From the IMG/VR virus record IMGVR_UViG_3300023184_000038, positions 32,001-96,000 of that record: DNA of 64,000 bases; one strand, written 5' to 3'. The stretch's first letter is position 1; every line of letters starts with the position of its first letter. Positions 40,496 through 49,931 of this stretch are shown piece after piece. This DNA comes from a virus. A program made the translations under genes and the position numbers. Under the pieces are notes generated by a model, which made no database searches, had not been told where the DNA came from, and was given only the letters and a program-made list of their open reading frames with translations.

Positions 40496-41130
40496 TGAGA
40501 GCAAATGAAATAACAATAGATGACTCACAATCTCTTGTTGAATTTAGCAAGACTGATGCGGGTATACACAAAGAATTAATAGCCAAAGGATATAAACCTA
40601 TAGGCAAGCCGGGTGTGGATCAAACTGCATATATTGAACCGCGCAGCGGCATGATTCTCAAAATATTTGGGACTCGTCCAGGAAGTAAAACTTTTACAAA
40701 AGATCAAAAAATGTTTTTTATCTGGGCTAAATTTTGTATGGATAATTCATCTAACTTATTTTTACCACGATATTATGGGCATGAAAGTTTTAATTATAAC
40801 AATTCATTATATTTACAAATTCGTACTGAGAGATTGCAACACAATCCTAAATTAGGTCGTGCGGTTTCTAGTCTAGGCGAATATGCCAGTATTGGTTCTA
40901 TGGATGCACGTGGCACCTTGGATTATTTTGTAAAAAATCAACCTCAGCGAAGTTATTATGAAACAATAAAACAAACAATTGGCGAAGAAAATGTGATACC
41001 GTTGTTAAATACACTAGGCAACTTGTATAAAATTGCTAGTAAAAAGGGATATATGTGGGACCTGCACTCAGAAAATGTCATGACCAGAACCAATGGATGG
41101 CCAGTGATCAATGATCCTTGGACTATATAA
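40495..41130 (+). CDS. Protein-kinase-like domain with capsid-targeting-like N-terminus
   Basis: MRANEI; G.DQTAY, ILKIF, WDLHSENVM, PVINDPW; TAATG-coupled start at 40495. Confidence 0.7.
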   Translation: MRANEITIDDSQSLVEFSKTDAGIHKELIAKGYKPIGKPGVDQTAYIEPRSGMILKIFGTRPGSKTFTKDQKMFFIWAKFCMDNSSNLFLPRYYGHESFNYNNSLYLQIRTERLQHNPKLGRAVSSLGEYASIGSMDARGTLDYFVKNQPQRSYYETIKQTIGEENVIPLLNTLGNLYKIASKKGYMWDLHSENVMTRTNGWPVINDPWTI

Positions 41131-41133
41131 TAT

Positions 41134-42522
41134 ATGAGAGCAAAAGAATTTATTGTTGAAGCATTGACTCCAGAACAAACATCAAAACTGTTCCAACAGT
41201 TGGGTGTGAAATGGGATACTAATATTCATAACGCTATTTTTAACGGTAAATCACGAATATATATTCCAATGCCATCACAAATAGCAAACACTACTGTATC
41301 CCCAACACAACATAAAATTGAAAATACATTGTCTGACATTGGTTATCAAATAGCAGACTATGCTGCAGGGATAGCACAAAAGAAAAATGATCCAACTAGA
41401 AAAATTAAAATTGGTAAACTACTTACAGATAAATCATTACTACAAACATTTGCCAATGATCCGTACCGAGCCGCATCTACACAATCTAATGAGTTAGAGG
41501 TAGTGATATCTCGTGACCCAGTAGATATTGCTGGTATGAGTACTGACCGAGGTTGGACTAGTTGTATGAATCTAGACGGTGGAGAGAATAATAGATATGT
41601 ACCAACAGAAATACGGAACGGGGCAATTATTGCGTATTTAATTAGAAAGACTGATAAGAACATTGATAAGCCATTGGCACGAATATTGTTAAAACCTTAC
41701 TATTTTAAAAATCATATAATTTTAAATCCAGACAAAGTATACGGCACTGCTCCTGCATCATTTAACGAAGTAGTGAATGATTTTTGCAATAACGTTAATA
41801 GTAATAGTCCAGAAGGAGATTATAGACTACCCGGCGGTTGTTATCGAGATAGCGCAGAATATGTCATGCATCTTAAAGACTACAGTGATTTTAGTGGATT
41901 TACTGTTGCCAACCGAAAGATTATTGCCAACAACCCCAATAGCCCAATACAAGCATTAGTTAAGTTGGCCAAGGATGAAGATCCCGGGGTAAGAGAGATT
42001 GTAGCCAGTCGTGCAGCTTGTCCACTTGAAGTGTTAATTGAGTTGTCGACGGATAGCAACAGTACTGTAAGGTGGAGGGTGGGGTTGAATCAAAAAACAC
42101 CAAAAGACATATTAGTTAATTTAGCCAAGGATCAGGAGCCGGAGGTACGAGTAGGTGTAGCCGCTAACCGCCGAGCTTCAGATGAAGTGTTAGTTAGTTT
42201 AGCCAATGATCCAGAGGAAAATATTCGAGGAGAAGTGGCAAAAAATATCAATACTCCAATCAAAGTTTTGGTCCAGTTGAGCAAGGACCAAAACGTTTTG
42301 GTAAGATATGTGTTGGCTCGTAGTCCTAGTTGTCCAAGCAATATATTGTCTGAGTTGGCTAATGATGAAGTAGGAATGGTAAGAGCTGCTGTAGCCGGGA
42401 ACCGCAGTGCTCCGGGTGAAGTGTTAGCTAGGTTAGCAAACGATGCTTCTTGGAAGGTGAACGGCGTTGCAAAAGAAACGATTCACTGGATCACAACACA
42501 AGAGAAAAATAACAATTTATGA
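41134..42522 (+). CDS. MRAKEFIVE protein with conserved central domain and C-terminal LRV/HEAT-like repeats
   Basis: MSTDRGWTSCM domain; 24-aa repeats L..LA.D....VR..VA.N...P. Confidence 0.7.
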   Translation: MRAKEFIVEALTPEQTSKLFQQLGVKWDTNIHNAIFNGKSRIYIPMPSQIANTTVSPTQHKIENTLSDIGYQIADYAAGIAQKKNDPTRKIKIGKLLTDKSLLQTFANDPYRAASTQSNELEVVISRDPVDIAGMSTDRGWTSCMNLDGGENNRYVPTEIRNGAIIAYLIRKTDKNIDKPLARILLKPYYFKNHIILNPDKVYGTAPASFNEVVNDFCNNVNSNSPEGDYRLPGGCYRDSAEYVMHLKDYSDFSGFTVANRKIIANNPNSPIQALVKLAKDEDPGVREIVASRAACPLEVLIELSTDSNSTVRWRVGLNQKTPKDILVNLAKDQEPEVRVGVAANRRASDEVLVSLANDPEENIRGEVAKNINTPIKVLVQLSKDQNVLVRYVLARSPSCPSNILSELANDEVGMVRAAVAGNRSAPGEVLARLANDASWKVNGVAKETIHWITTQEKNNNL

Positions 42523-43679
42523 GAGCAAAAGAATTTATTGTTGAAACTGCTATGATGGGCAAGATTGCAGACTCGGGCAAAATTATTCGCATCTTGAAGA
42601 AAGCACACACCGTGCCATTCAGTGATGAAAAAAACTGGTTGCTGGTAGATACTGATCCTGGCAAAGGCAACAGTGGACTGGGTATCAAATGGATTCCGGC
42701 CGACACAAGATTTGAATGGGTAAGACCTTATAAAGATAGTGTAGATGAAAACTTGTCTCCGCAGACCATACACAAATTGGCAGACCACAAAGGTGTAAAA
42801 TGGGATGACGAACCCAGTTTCCTTCAACTTACCAAACGATTAACAGGCAAAGAACATTTGGATGACTTAGATCAAGCAGGGTTGAACAAAGTTAAAAAAC
42901 ATTTGGATGGGTTGCAAGGGGTGGCGGAAGGCGGTGCCGAAACAAGTTGGTCCAATGACACCGATACAATTACACTACAGGATATTTTAGAATTAACCAA
43001 ACATATTAAACAAATAAATTTACCAATTAACGATAATCTAAAGAGTAAACTACTTCATTGGGAAGGTAACCCAGAAGAAATAGAAAGAGTTAATCAAGTA
43101 ACGGTGTCTAACCAATTTCCTATTTTAATTATGGTGGATGAGCAAGGTCAAATAGCCTGGATACTCGATGGCAACCATAGACTACACAAGGCAATACAAT
43201 CACAAGCAAAAACAATACCTGCTAAACTTATTAGACCCAGCAACCTTGATGATAAAGCAAAGAAAATATTTAATATAAAAGAGCAAGGTGTGGCGGAAGG
43301 CTCCGAGAACAATAATACAACAGCACAAAAAATATTCTTTGCTCGTAGTAATAAAACACCCAAAGGATGGAGTTATGACCATGTTGGATTTATAACTCAA
43401 GATGGAAAACAAATTCAAATGAGTGGGCATAAAGGCAATGATGTATATGTCACTAACGATGTGACTGATGATCCGGAGTTTCCTAAACAAAATATCAAAA
43501 TTGTATCATTATCAAAACCAGTATCGGTGCCTACAACTAACTCAGTAGGAGCAGAAAATTGTGGAACATTTGTGGCAAATGTATTACAAGCCAATGGTAT
43601 AAAAGGTATTGATACACAAAAAATATATAGTGTGTTCAAAAAACCTCAAGAGCAAGGTGTGGCGGAAGGCTTAAAATAA
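42519..43679 (+). CDS. MRAKEFIVE polyprotein: small modules, ParB/Srx-like module and permuted papain-like (H..C) module, joined by QGVAEG
   Basis: ILDGNHRL; DHVGF...NCGTFV; three QGVAEG linkers. Confidence 0.7.
   Translation: MRAKEFIVETAMMGKIADSGKIIRILKKAHTVPFSDEKNWLLVDTDPGKGNSGLGIKWIPADTRFEWVRPYKDSVDENLSPQTIHKLADHKGVKWDDEPSFLQLTKRLTGKEHLDDLDQAGLNKVKKHLDGLQGVAEGGAETSWSNDTDTITLQDILELTKHIKQINLPINDNLKSKLLHWEGNPEEIERVNQVTVSNQFPILIMVDEQGQIAWILDGNHRLHKAIQSQAKTIPAKLIRPSNLDDKAKKIFNIKEQGVAEGSENNNTTAQKIFFARSNKTPKGWSYDHVGFITQDGKQIQMSGHKGNDVYVTNDVTDDPEFPKQNIKIVSLSKPVSVPTTNSVGAENCGTFVANVLQANGIKGIDTQKIYSVFKKPQEQGVAEGLK
42915..43670 (+). repeat. Three copies of the module-junction word (GAG)CAAGGTGTGGCGGAAGGC at 42915-42932, 43281-43301 and 43650-43670
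   Basis: Direct reading; 43281-43301 and 43650-43670 are identical 21-mers. Confidence 0.95.
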
Positions 43680-43680
43680 A

Positions 43681-44574
43681 ATGAGAGCAACTGAATTTAT
43701 TACCGAGGAACACGAGCCAACCCGAATCAAACTTGGTAACAACGATGCCGCTAAGGCTTGGATTGACCGAGTCTACACAAAATATCCACATACCATGCAA
43801 AACAACCATGTCATGGTTTGGGGGTCAGGCGATGACCAACAGTTTGCTATGTTTGAACTGATACCTAGTTTTAGTAAACGCGGTGCAGTTGAAGTCAAAT
43901 GGTTTCAAGCATATCCTTTACGACAAGGCGTTGGATCACGTGCCATGCAAGAATTGCAGGCTATGGCCCGCGAAGATGGCATTGCTCTTACTTTATTCCC
44001 CTGGGACAAAGGACAAGTAAGTCAAAGTAAACTAACCAAGTTCTATCGAGGTCAAGGGTTTAAGCCCACCGTGAAGGGCAGCAAAAGCATGGCATGGACA
44101 CCAGAACTAAATGAAGCCGAACTCAGCATAGATGTACCTAACGAAGAATGGTTACAGGAAAAGATAGACTATGCCAAACGCAAAGGCCGCAATAGTTTTG
44201 GCGTGCCTTATATGGGCAGCACCACTGCTTATGTTCAAGGAACACCGTTAAAAGCTCGTGTGATGAGATTGGCTTCTTTGCCGGGCATGAGGAACGAACA
44301 AACCAATGTGCGTCAAAATGACCTAAAGTGGTTAATGGATTACATGGACCGAACAGGTAAGTTACCACCTATGAAAACCAGTTCCGACGATGAGTACATG
44401 CCCTACATCATGGTAGCCTACAATGGTGAAGCATGGGTCAACGAAGGTAATCACCGTATCATGGCCGCATATAGATTAAACTGGCAGACCATGCCCATAC
44501 AACTTGCTTACTTTGATGGCGGAGAACGTGTGGAAAGTGGTGCCATGTATCCAGGCAAGATTGGACTAGCATGA
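43681..44574 (+). CDS. MRATEFITE polyprotein: GNAT acetyltransferase plus ParB/Srx-like module
   Basis: RQGVGSRAM and LTKFYRGQGF (GNAT motifs); LNE junction; NEGNHRI. Confidence 0.72.
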   Translation: MRATEFITEEHEPTRIKLGNNDAAKAWIDRVYTKYPHTMQNNHVMVWGSGDDQQFAMFELIPSFSKRGAVEVKWFQAYPLRQGVGSRAMQELQAMAREDGIALTLFPWDKGQVSQSKLTKFYRGQGFKPTVKGSKSMAWTPELNEAELSIDVPNEEWLQEKIDYAKRKGRNSFGVPYMGSTTAYVQGTPLKARVMRLASLPGMRNEQTNVRQNDLKWLMDYMDRTGKLPPMKTSSDDEYMPYIMVAYNGEAWVNEGNHRIMAAYRLNWQTMPIQLAYFDGGERVESGAMYPGKIGLA

Positions 44575-46070
44575 GAGCAAACGAATTCATAACCGAAATA
44601 TTTCAACCTGGTAAGAAAAACTGGGAATGGATACGCAGAGATAACACATACGCCAGTGCTCGTTTTAGTGTTGGCGATAGAACTTATACTTGGCAGGCGC
44701 ATGGTGCGGAATCCGATAATGATGGCCCTACTCATTGGATTCTTGAATTTAGAATTGAACGAGAATTAGCCGATCCTGACAGGTTAGATGTTTGGGGTAA
44801 GACTGGTACAGGTAACTCAGCAGAAGTAATGTCAACCGCAGTTGATATTACCCGTGAATTCATTAAAGAGTATGGTGATAAAATATCAGAATTAACTTTT
44901 GATGCCAAAGAAGATTCTCGTATTGGATTGTATGCTAAGATGATTGCACGTTTACTACCTGGGTGGGAATTGAATCAAACATACAATAAAAACTTTGGTA
45001 TGGAGTTTCGTTTAACTAACCCTAAATCAAATGAATTTATCACAGAGAGTTCGCAACAAACTACCTTACGACAACTGTACGGTGGTAACTATCCAGATCG
45101 TGATGAAGAATTTTGGGACTATGTGTCATCTAGTGAATTTGATCAACCATTGACAGTTGAAACAATGGCAAAACATAAAGTATTGATTATGTTACTCAGT
45201 CAATATCGTGCAGAACATATTGATGACATAACTGATATGTTAGATGATGATCAACAAGCAATTGTACAATCATATGTTAATGATCCGGCACTAGCAAGCA
45301 AAATAATAGTTGTTGCTAACAATAGAATCATTGATGGTAATCATCGTGCATTAGCTGCTGCAATCAAAGGTGTACCTATTAATTATGTTGATTTATCTGA
45401 ATTAGAAGAAGAACCGATAGATGAAGCAGAAACAGACACACCAAACGCTAGAGAGATATCAAAACAACTAAGAGCGGTAGGTTATTCACATGTAGGGTCT
45501 GGTGCTGATGCTACTGTTTGGGCAAAAGATGATAGTCATGTAATTAAGATATTGATGCCAGAAGATGCAGGTAGTAAAGCAGAACAAGTATTTCGTAAGT
45601 TTTATGAATTTTCAATGAGCCGGCAAGATTTGGCGTGTGTTCCTAGATTCAATGAAGTAACCACGATTGATATTAACGGTAAAGATTATACTCAGATTGA
45701 GATGGAGAAATTATCTTCTATTCCCAAAGGTTCGTTTGTTGAGGGTTTAATTTGGTTCCTGAGTGATTACACTAGTTCTCCTGAATCATGGGAAACAATA
45801 GAGCGTGAACTAGCAGACCCAAACACATGGAAAAATTACATCCCACAATATGCTAATGCATTTGCTAAAGTTTGGCAAAGTCTACTAGAAAATCCTGCAA
45901 GTAAAAAAACATATGCTATGTACAAACAGCTATATACTGTAATGCAAATATTATATAACACAGGCAGAATCAACAAATTTGGATGGGATTTGCATACAGC
46001 AAATGTCATGCTAAGACAGAACGGACAACCGGTAATAATTGATCCGTGGTTTAGTGAAGGTACATCCTAA
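44571..46070 (+). CDS. MRANEFITE polyprotein: unknown module, ParB/Srx-like module and protein-kinase-like module
   Basis: Internal SNEFITE; IIDGNHRA; GSGADATVW, VIKI, WDLHTANVM, PVIIDPW. Confidence 0.72.
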   Translation: MRANEFITEIFQPGKKNWEWIRRDNTYASARFSVGDRTYTWQAHGAESDNDGPTHWILEFRIERELADPDRLDVWGKTGTGNSAEVMSTAVDITREFIKEYGDKISELTFDAKEDSRIGLYAKMIARLLPGWELNQTYNKNFGMEFRLTNPKSNEFITESSQQTTLRQLYGGNYPDRDEEFWDYVSSSEFDQPLTVETMAKHKVLIMLLSQYRAEHIDDITDMLDDDQQAIVQSYVNDPALASKIIVVANNRIIDGNHRALAAAIKGVPINYVDLSELEEEPIDEAETDTPNAREISKQLRAVGYSHVGSGADATVWAKDDSHVIKILMPEDAGSKAEQVFRKFYEFSMSRQDLACVPRFNEVTTIDINGKDYTQIEMEKLSSIPKGSFVEGLIWFLSDYTSSPESWETIERELADPNTWKNYIPQYANAFAKVWQSLLENPASKKTYAMYKQLYTVMQILYNTGRINKFGWDLHTANVMLRQNGQPVIIDPWFSEGTS

Positions 46071-46088
46071 TATATATGACTTATAAGA

Positions 46089-46179
46089 ACACCCTTAGGA
46101 CCAGTACTAGTTACTGTAAGTGTGAGGCGGCTGCTGCCTATATAACCCAATTCGCTACTGGGAAGTATAAAGTGAGCAT
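46089..46179 (+). ncRNA. Candidate structured intergenic RNA (multi-stem, possible pseudoknot)
   Basis: GC-enriched intergenic stretch; stems cagta/tactg, aggcgg/ctgcct and ccca/tggg; loop tcgct is complementary to downstream agtga. Strand not established. Confidence 0.45.
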
Positions 46180-46197
46180 TAATTTGATAAATACATA

Positions 46198-46770
46198 ATG
46201 CGTTATACTGAGTTTATTATTGAATCTCCTGCAACTGAATTGGCTAAAAAATTGCCATCTTTGGATAAACATGATTATGATACTATTGATAGATTAATGT
46301 CAACTATAGCAAAAAGACATCGTATTACTGGTAAAGCATTGCACGATTTGTTTATTAAAAAATATCATCGGTCACCGGATGATTGGATTAAAAGCAAATT
46401 GGATGAAAATACATCATTGGATATTCAAGACGAAGTGGATAAGTTTTGTAATTGGGCTTGTCAAAAATTAAAAATTAAAACTAAACCGTACATAGAATTA
46501 AGTATGGATACTGAAGAAGCACAAAATAATCATCATACCGGAGGTCATGTCCCCGGTGAAAATAATATATGGGTTTATGCAAAAAATCGTAATTTAGTAG
46601 ATATTTTACGCACGGTGTTTCATGAATTGGTTCACGTACGGCAAGGTGAATTAAATATGATTACCCCAGGATCTAGTTATCCGGGTAGCCCAATTGAAGC
46701 CTTAGCAGATTTAATGGCCGGAAAATATATTAAAATTTACGGCAAACAACATCATAATATTTTTCAATAA
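46198..46770 (+). CDS. MRYTEFIIE protein with HEXXH zincin metallopeptidase-like module
   Basis: LRTVFHELVHVRQ...E..A; LDE junction. Confidence 0.7.
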   Translation: MRYTEFIIESPATELAKKLPSLDKHDYDTIDRLMSTIAKRHRITGKALHDLFIKKYHRSPDDWIKSKLDENTSLDIQDEVDKFCNWACQKLKIKTKPYIELSMDTEEAQNNHHTGGHVPGENNIWVYAKNRNLVDILRTVFHELVHVRQGELNMITPGSSYPGSPIEALADLMAGKYIKIYGKQHHNIFQ

Positions 46771-46821
46771 ATTGAAATAATATACTACGCCCGTTTTTAT
46801 CATAAAAGGTAAACAAACTTA

Positions 46822-46850
46822 TTGACTTTAAGATCCTACTACTGTATAAT
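46822..46850 (+). promoter_or_regulatory. sigma70 promoter for the replication operon
   Basis: TTGACT-17 nt-TATAAT. Confidence 0.8.
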
Positions 46851-46873
46851 CTATCATTAACAAGGAGATTGCA

Positions 46874-47134
46874 ATGAGTGATAGAATTTTTAGTGGCGCA
46901 GAAAAAATTAAACTTACCCAGTTGGTAAATGAGGGCATGAATGTATTGAATGAAATTGAAACACTCAACGGAGGTTTGTCCGATACAGTCAAAGCAGTTG
47001 CTGAAGAAATGGAAATTAAAGCAAGTACTTTGAAAAAAGCAATCAAAATTGCCCATAAAGCAAGTTTAGGGCAAACTAATAAAGACCATGACGAACTTAA
47101 CCACATTCTTGAACTAGTAGGCAAAACACTTTGA
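46874..47134 (+). CDS. Small dsDNA-binding protein (T4 DsbA/GapR-like)
   Basis: Helical 86 aa, L.DTVKAVAEE..IK...LKKAI.IAHK; directly upstream of the polymerase. Confidence 0.6.
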   Translation: MSDRIFSGAEKIKLTQLVNEGMNVLNEIETLNGGLSDTVKAVAEEMEIKASTLKKAIKIAHKASLGQTNKDHDELNHILELVGKTL

Positions 47135-49845
47135 GTTATGTAGATGCTGTATTAGATAAAAATACAGATAAAATAATTGTAATTGAAAGAGATGGCAAGG
47201 GTGTACGCCAGTACAATGAATTCCCTGCCAATTATGTACTTTACTTTACTGACCCTAAAGGCAAACATCGTAGTTTATATGGTGATCCGGTAACTAGGTT
47301 CTCAACACGAAGTCGCGGCGAATTTGAAAAAGAACGTAGAATTCTTGCTAATAAAAAAATCTTTGAAAGCGATATTAACCCTATTTTTCGTTGTTTGAGC
47401 GAAAACTATTTAAACGTTGACGCACCAAAATTACATACTTGCTTTTTTGACATCGAAGTTGATTTCAATTCAGAAAAAGGATTTAGTCCAACTAGCGATC
47501 CCTTCAATCCGGTTACTGCTATCTCACTTTACTTAGATTGGTTAGGTCAATTAGTTACATTAGTAATTGCTCCCACACATATGAGTAGTGAGACCGCACA
47601 ACAGATTACTAGTGAAATTGAAAATACAATGTTATTCACTAATGAAATAGAAATGTTTGAAACATTTTTTACATTGATTGAAGATGCTGATGTATTAACT
47701 GGATGGAACTCTGAGGGATACGATATACCATATATGGTTAATCGTGTTACTAGGATAATGAGTAAAAATGATACTAGAAAATTTTGTTTATTGGGACAAC
47801 TTCCCAAACCTAGAGTATATGAAAGATATGGTAAAGAGGAAACTACATATGACTTAGTTGGACGAGTACATTTAGACTATTTACAACTTTACAAAAAATA
47901 TAACTATGAATCTAGACATAGTTATAAACTTGATGCCATTGGTGAAATGGAAGTAGGGGAAAATAAAACTCAATACGAAGGTACACTTGATCAATTATAT
48001 AACAAAGACTTTAAAAAGTTTATTGAATATAATAGGCAAGATACAATGTTATTAGTTAAAATTCATAATAAACTACAGTTTTTAGAACTTGCTAATCAAA
48101 TAGCACATGAAAATACTGTGTTGTTACCAACGGTTATGGGCTCGGTTGCTATGATTGAAATGGCAATTATGAATGAGGCTCATGCCCGCGGAGTAGTTAT
48201 TCCAGATAAAAAACGAAAGGTCGAAAATGCAGAAGAAACACAACCAGCGGCAGGTGCCTATGTTGCTACTCCCAAAACGGGAATTCATGAATGGGTCGGC
48301 GCAGTGGACATCAATTCGCTCTACCCCTCAGCAATCCGCGCTCTTAACATGTCCCCGGAAACCATTGTTGCTCAGGTCAGACAAACTTTAACTGATCAGT
48401 ACATGCTTGATAAAAGTCAACGCTTGGCACGTGAGAAAAAACGACATAAAGAAGGTGATGATGATGTTACTGGCAGTGTGCTTTGGGAAGGGCTATTTGG
48501 TAGTTTGGAATATACCTCAATTTTAAATCAAGATAGAGGTATGATGCTAACATTGGACTATGCTGACGGAACTGAAGTTGAAATGAGTGCGGCCGAAATA
48601 TGGAAATTACTATTTGATAGTAATAATCCATATATGATTAGTGCTAATGGTACTATCTTTACTCACGCAAATGAAGGTGTTATTCCAGGATTATTATCTA
48701 GGTGGTACTCGGATAGAAAAGTAATGCAGAAAAAACTTAAAGAAGCCACAACTACTGAAGATAAAGATTATTGGGATAAACGTCAACTTGTTCGTAAGAT
48801 TTTGTTGAACTCTGCATATGGTGCATTGTTGAATGAACATTGCAGATTCTATGACAAACGTATTGGTCAAAGTGTAACATTATGTGGTAGGCAAATTGTA
48901 AAACACATGAGTGCTCACATTAATGAAATTATCACAGGTAACTACGATTTCACAGGTCAAGGAATAGTGTATGGTGATACTGACTCTTGTTATTTTAGTG
49001 CATGGCCTGCAGTAAAAACAGAAGTTGAAGAAGGTAAAATGGAATGGTCAAAGGAAACTTGTATCGGATTGTATGATGGTATTGCCGAGCAAATTAACAT
49101 AGAGTTTCCTGTTTTTATGGAAAAAGCATTTCATTGTCCAAGAAAAAACGGATCTATTATTCGTGCTGGAAGAGAACTAGTAGCAGACCGTAGTTTGTTT
49201 ATTACTAAAAAAAGGTATGCAGTAAACATTTATGATAAAGAAGGTAAACGTTTAGATAAAGATGGTAAAATGGGATATATTAAAGCCATGGGTCTTGATT
49301 TAAAACGTGCTGATACCCCTAAATATGTACAAGAATTTTTAATGTCGGTATTAACACTGGTTTTATCTGGCAAGCAACGTGATGATGTTATAGAAATTAT
49401 TAAAACCTTTAAGCATGAAATGAGCCTGCAGGAAAGTTGGACTAAAGGTAGTCCGAAATCAGTTAACAAACTTACTGCATATGGCAATAAAGAAGAAAAT
49501 AGTAAAACAGGTAAGGCAAATATGCCAGGACATGTACGTGCTGCACTAAACTGGAATACTTTACGTAGAGTGCATAATGATAACTATTCAATGAAAATAA
49601 TGGATGGTATGAAAGTAGTTGTATGTAAATTAAAACAAAATCCAATGGGATATACTTCTATAGCATATCCTACTGATGAATTAAGATTACCGGTCTGGTT
49701 CAAAGAATTACCATTTAATGATGATGGAATGGAACGCACATTGATTGATGAAAAAATAGAAAATTTATTGGGCGTATTGTCTTGGGATTTACGTAGTAGC
49801 ACTGATACTAAATCAACTTTTGATGATTTATTTTCATTTGGTTAA
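47131..49845 (+). CDS. gp43: Family B DNA polymerase (gp43-like)
   Basis: Exo motifs FFDIEV, GWNS.GYD, YN.QD; Pol motifs DINSLYPS, KILLNSAYG, YGDTDS, KKRY; TTG start. Confidence 0.97.
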   Translation: MSYVDAVLDKNTDKIIVIERDGKGVRQYNEFPANYVLYFTDPKGKHRSLYGDPVTRFSTRSRGEFEKERRILANKKIFESDINPIFRCLSENYLNVDAPKLHTCFFDIEVDFNSEKGFSPTSDPFNPVTAISLYLDWLGQLVTLVIAPTHMSSETAQQITSEIENTMLFTNEIEMFETFFTLIEDADVLTGWNSEGYDIPYMVNRVTRIMSKNDTRKFCLLGQLPKPRVYERYGKEETTYDLVGRVHLDYLQLYKKYNYESRHSYKLDAIGEMEVGENKTQYEGTLDQLYNKDFKKFIEYNRQDTMLLVKIHNKLQFLELANQIAHENTVLLPTVMGSVAMIEMAIMNEAHARGVVIPDKKRKVENAEETQPAAGAYVATPKTGIHEWVGAVDINSLYPSAIRALNMSPETIVAQVRQTLTDQYMLDKSQRLAREKKRHKEGDDDVTGSVLWEGLFGSLEYTSILNQDRGMMLTLDYADGTEVEMSAAEIWKLLFDSNNPYMISANGTIFTHANEGVIPGLLSRWYSDRKVMQKKLKEATTTEDKDYWDKRQLVRKILLNSAYGALLNEHCRFYDKRIGQSVTLCGRQIVKHMSAHINEIITGNYDFTGQGIVYGDTDSCYFSAWPAVKTEVEEGKMEWSKETCIGLYDGIAEQINIEFPVFMEKAFHCPRKNGSIIRAGRELVADRSLFITKKRYAVNIYDKEGKRLDKDGKMGYIKAMGLDLKRADTPKYVQEFLMSVLTLVLSGKQRDDVIEIIKTFKHEMSLQESWTKGSPKSVNKLTAYGNKEENSKTGKANMPGHVRAALNWNTLRRVHNDNYSMKIMDGMKVVVCKLKQNPMGYTSIAYPTDELRLPVWFKELPFNDDGMERTLIDEKIENLLGVLSWDLRSSTDTKSTFDDLFSFG

Positions 49846-49852
49846 ACTGGTG

Positions 49853-49881
49853 TTGACTTGTGCAAAAAAATCCACTATAAT
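49853..49881 (+). promoter_or_regulatory. sigma70 promoter
   Basis: TTGACT-17 nt-TATAAT; a TAAATA box also follows. Confidence 0.75.
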
Positions 49882-49931
49882 ACACATAGAAAATACCTAA
49901 ATAGTATTACAATTTTTAATAAAGGAAAAAC

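Noticed and set aside
43281-43301. Junction word as a simple Chi site
   Set aside because: It resembles GCTGGTGG only loosely and is confined to in-frame module boundaries rather than scattered. A host-specific Chi-like role cannot be fully excluded.
42915-43670. Junction repeats as a CRISPR array
   Set aside because: Repeats are 18-21 bp, in frame inside a CDS, with ~350-bp coding spacers; no cas genes are present.
46071-46190. tRNA gene
   Set aside because: No cloverleaf or TTC-containing T-arm in a proper context; no tRNA was recognised anywhere in the window by eye.
47131-49845. Intein or intron in the DNA polymerase
   Set aside because: 904 aa with all motifs in order; no splice motifs or homing endonuclease insert seen.
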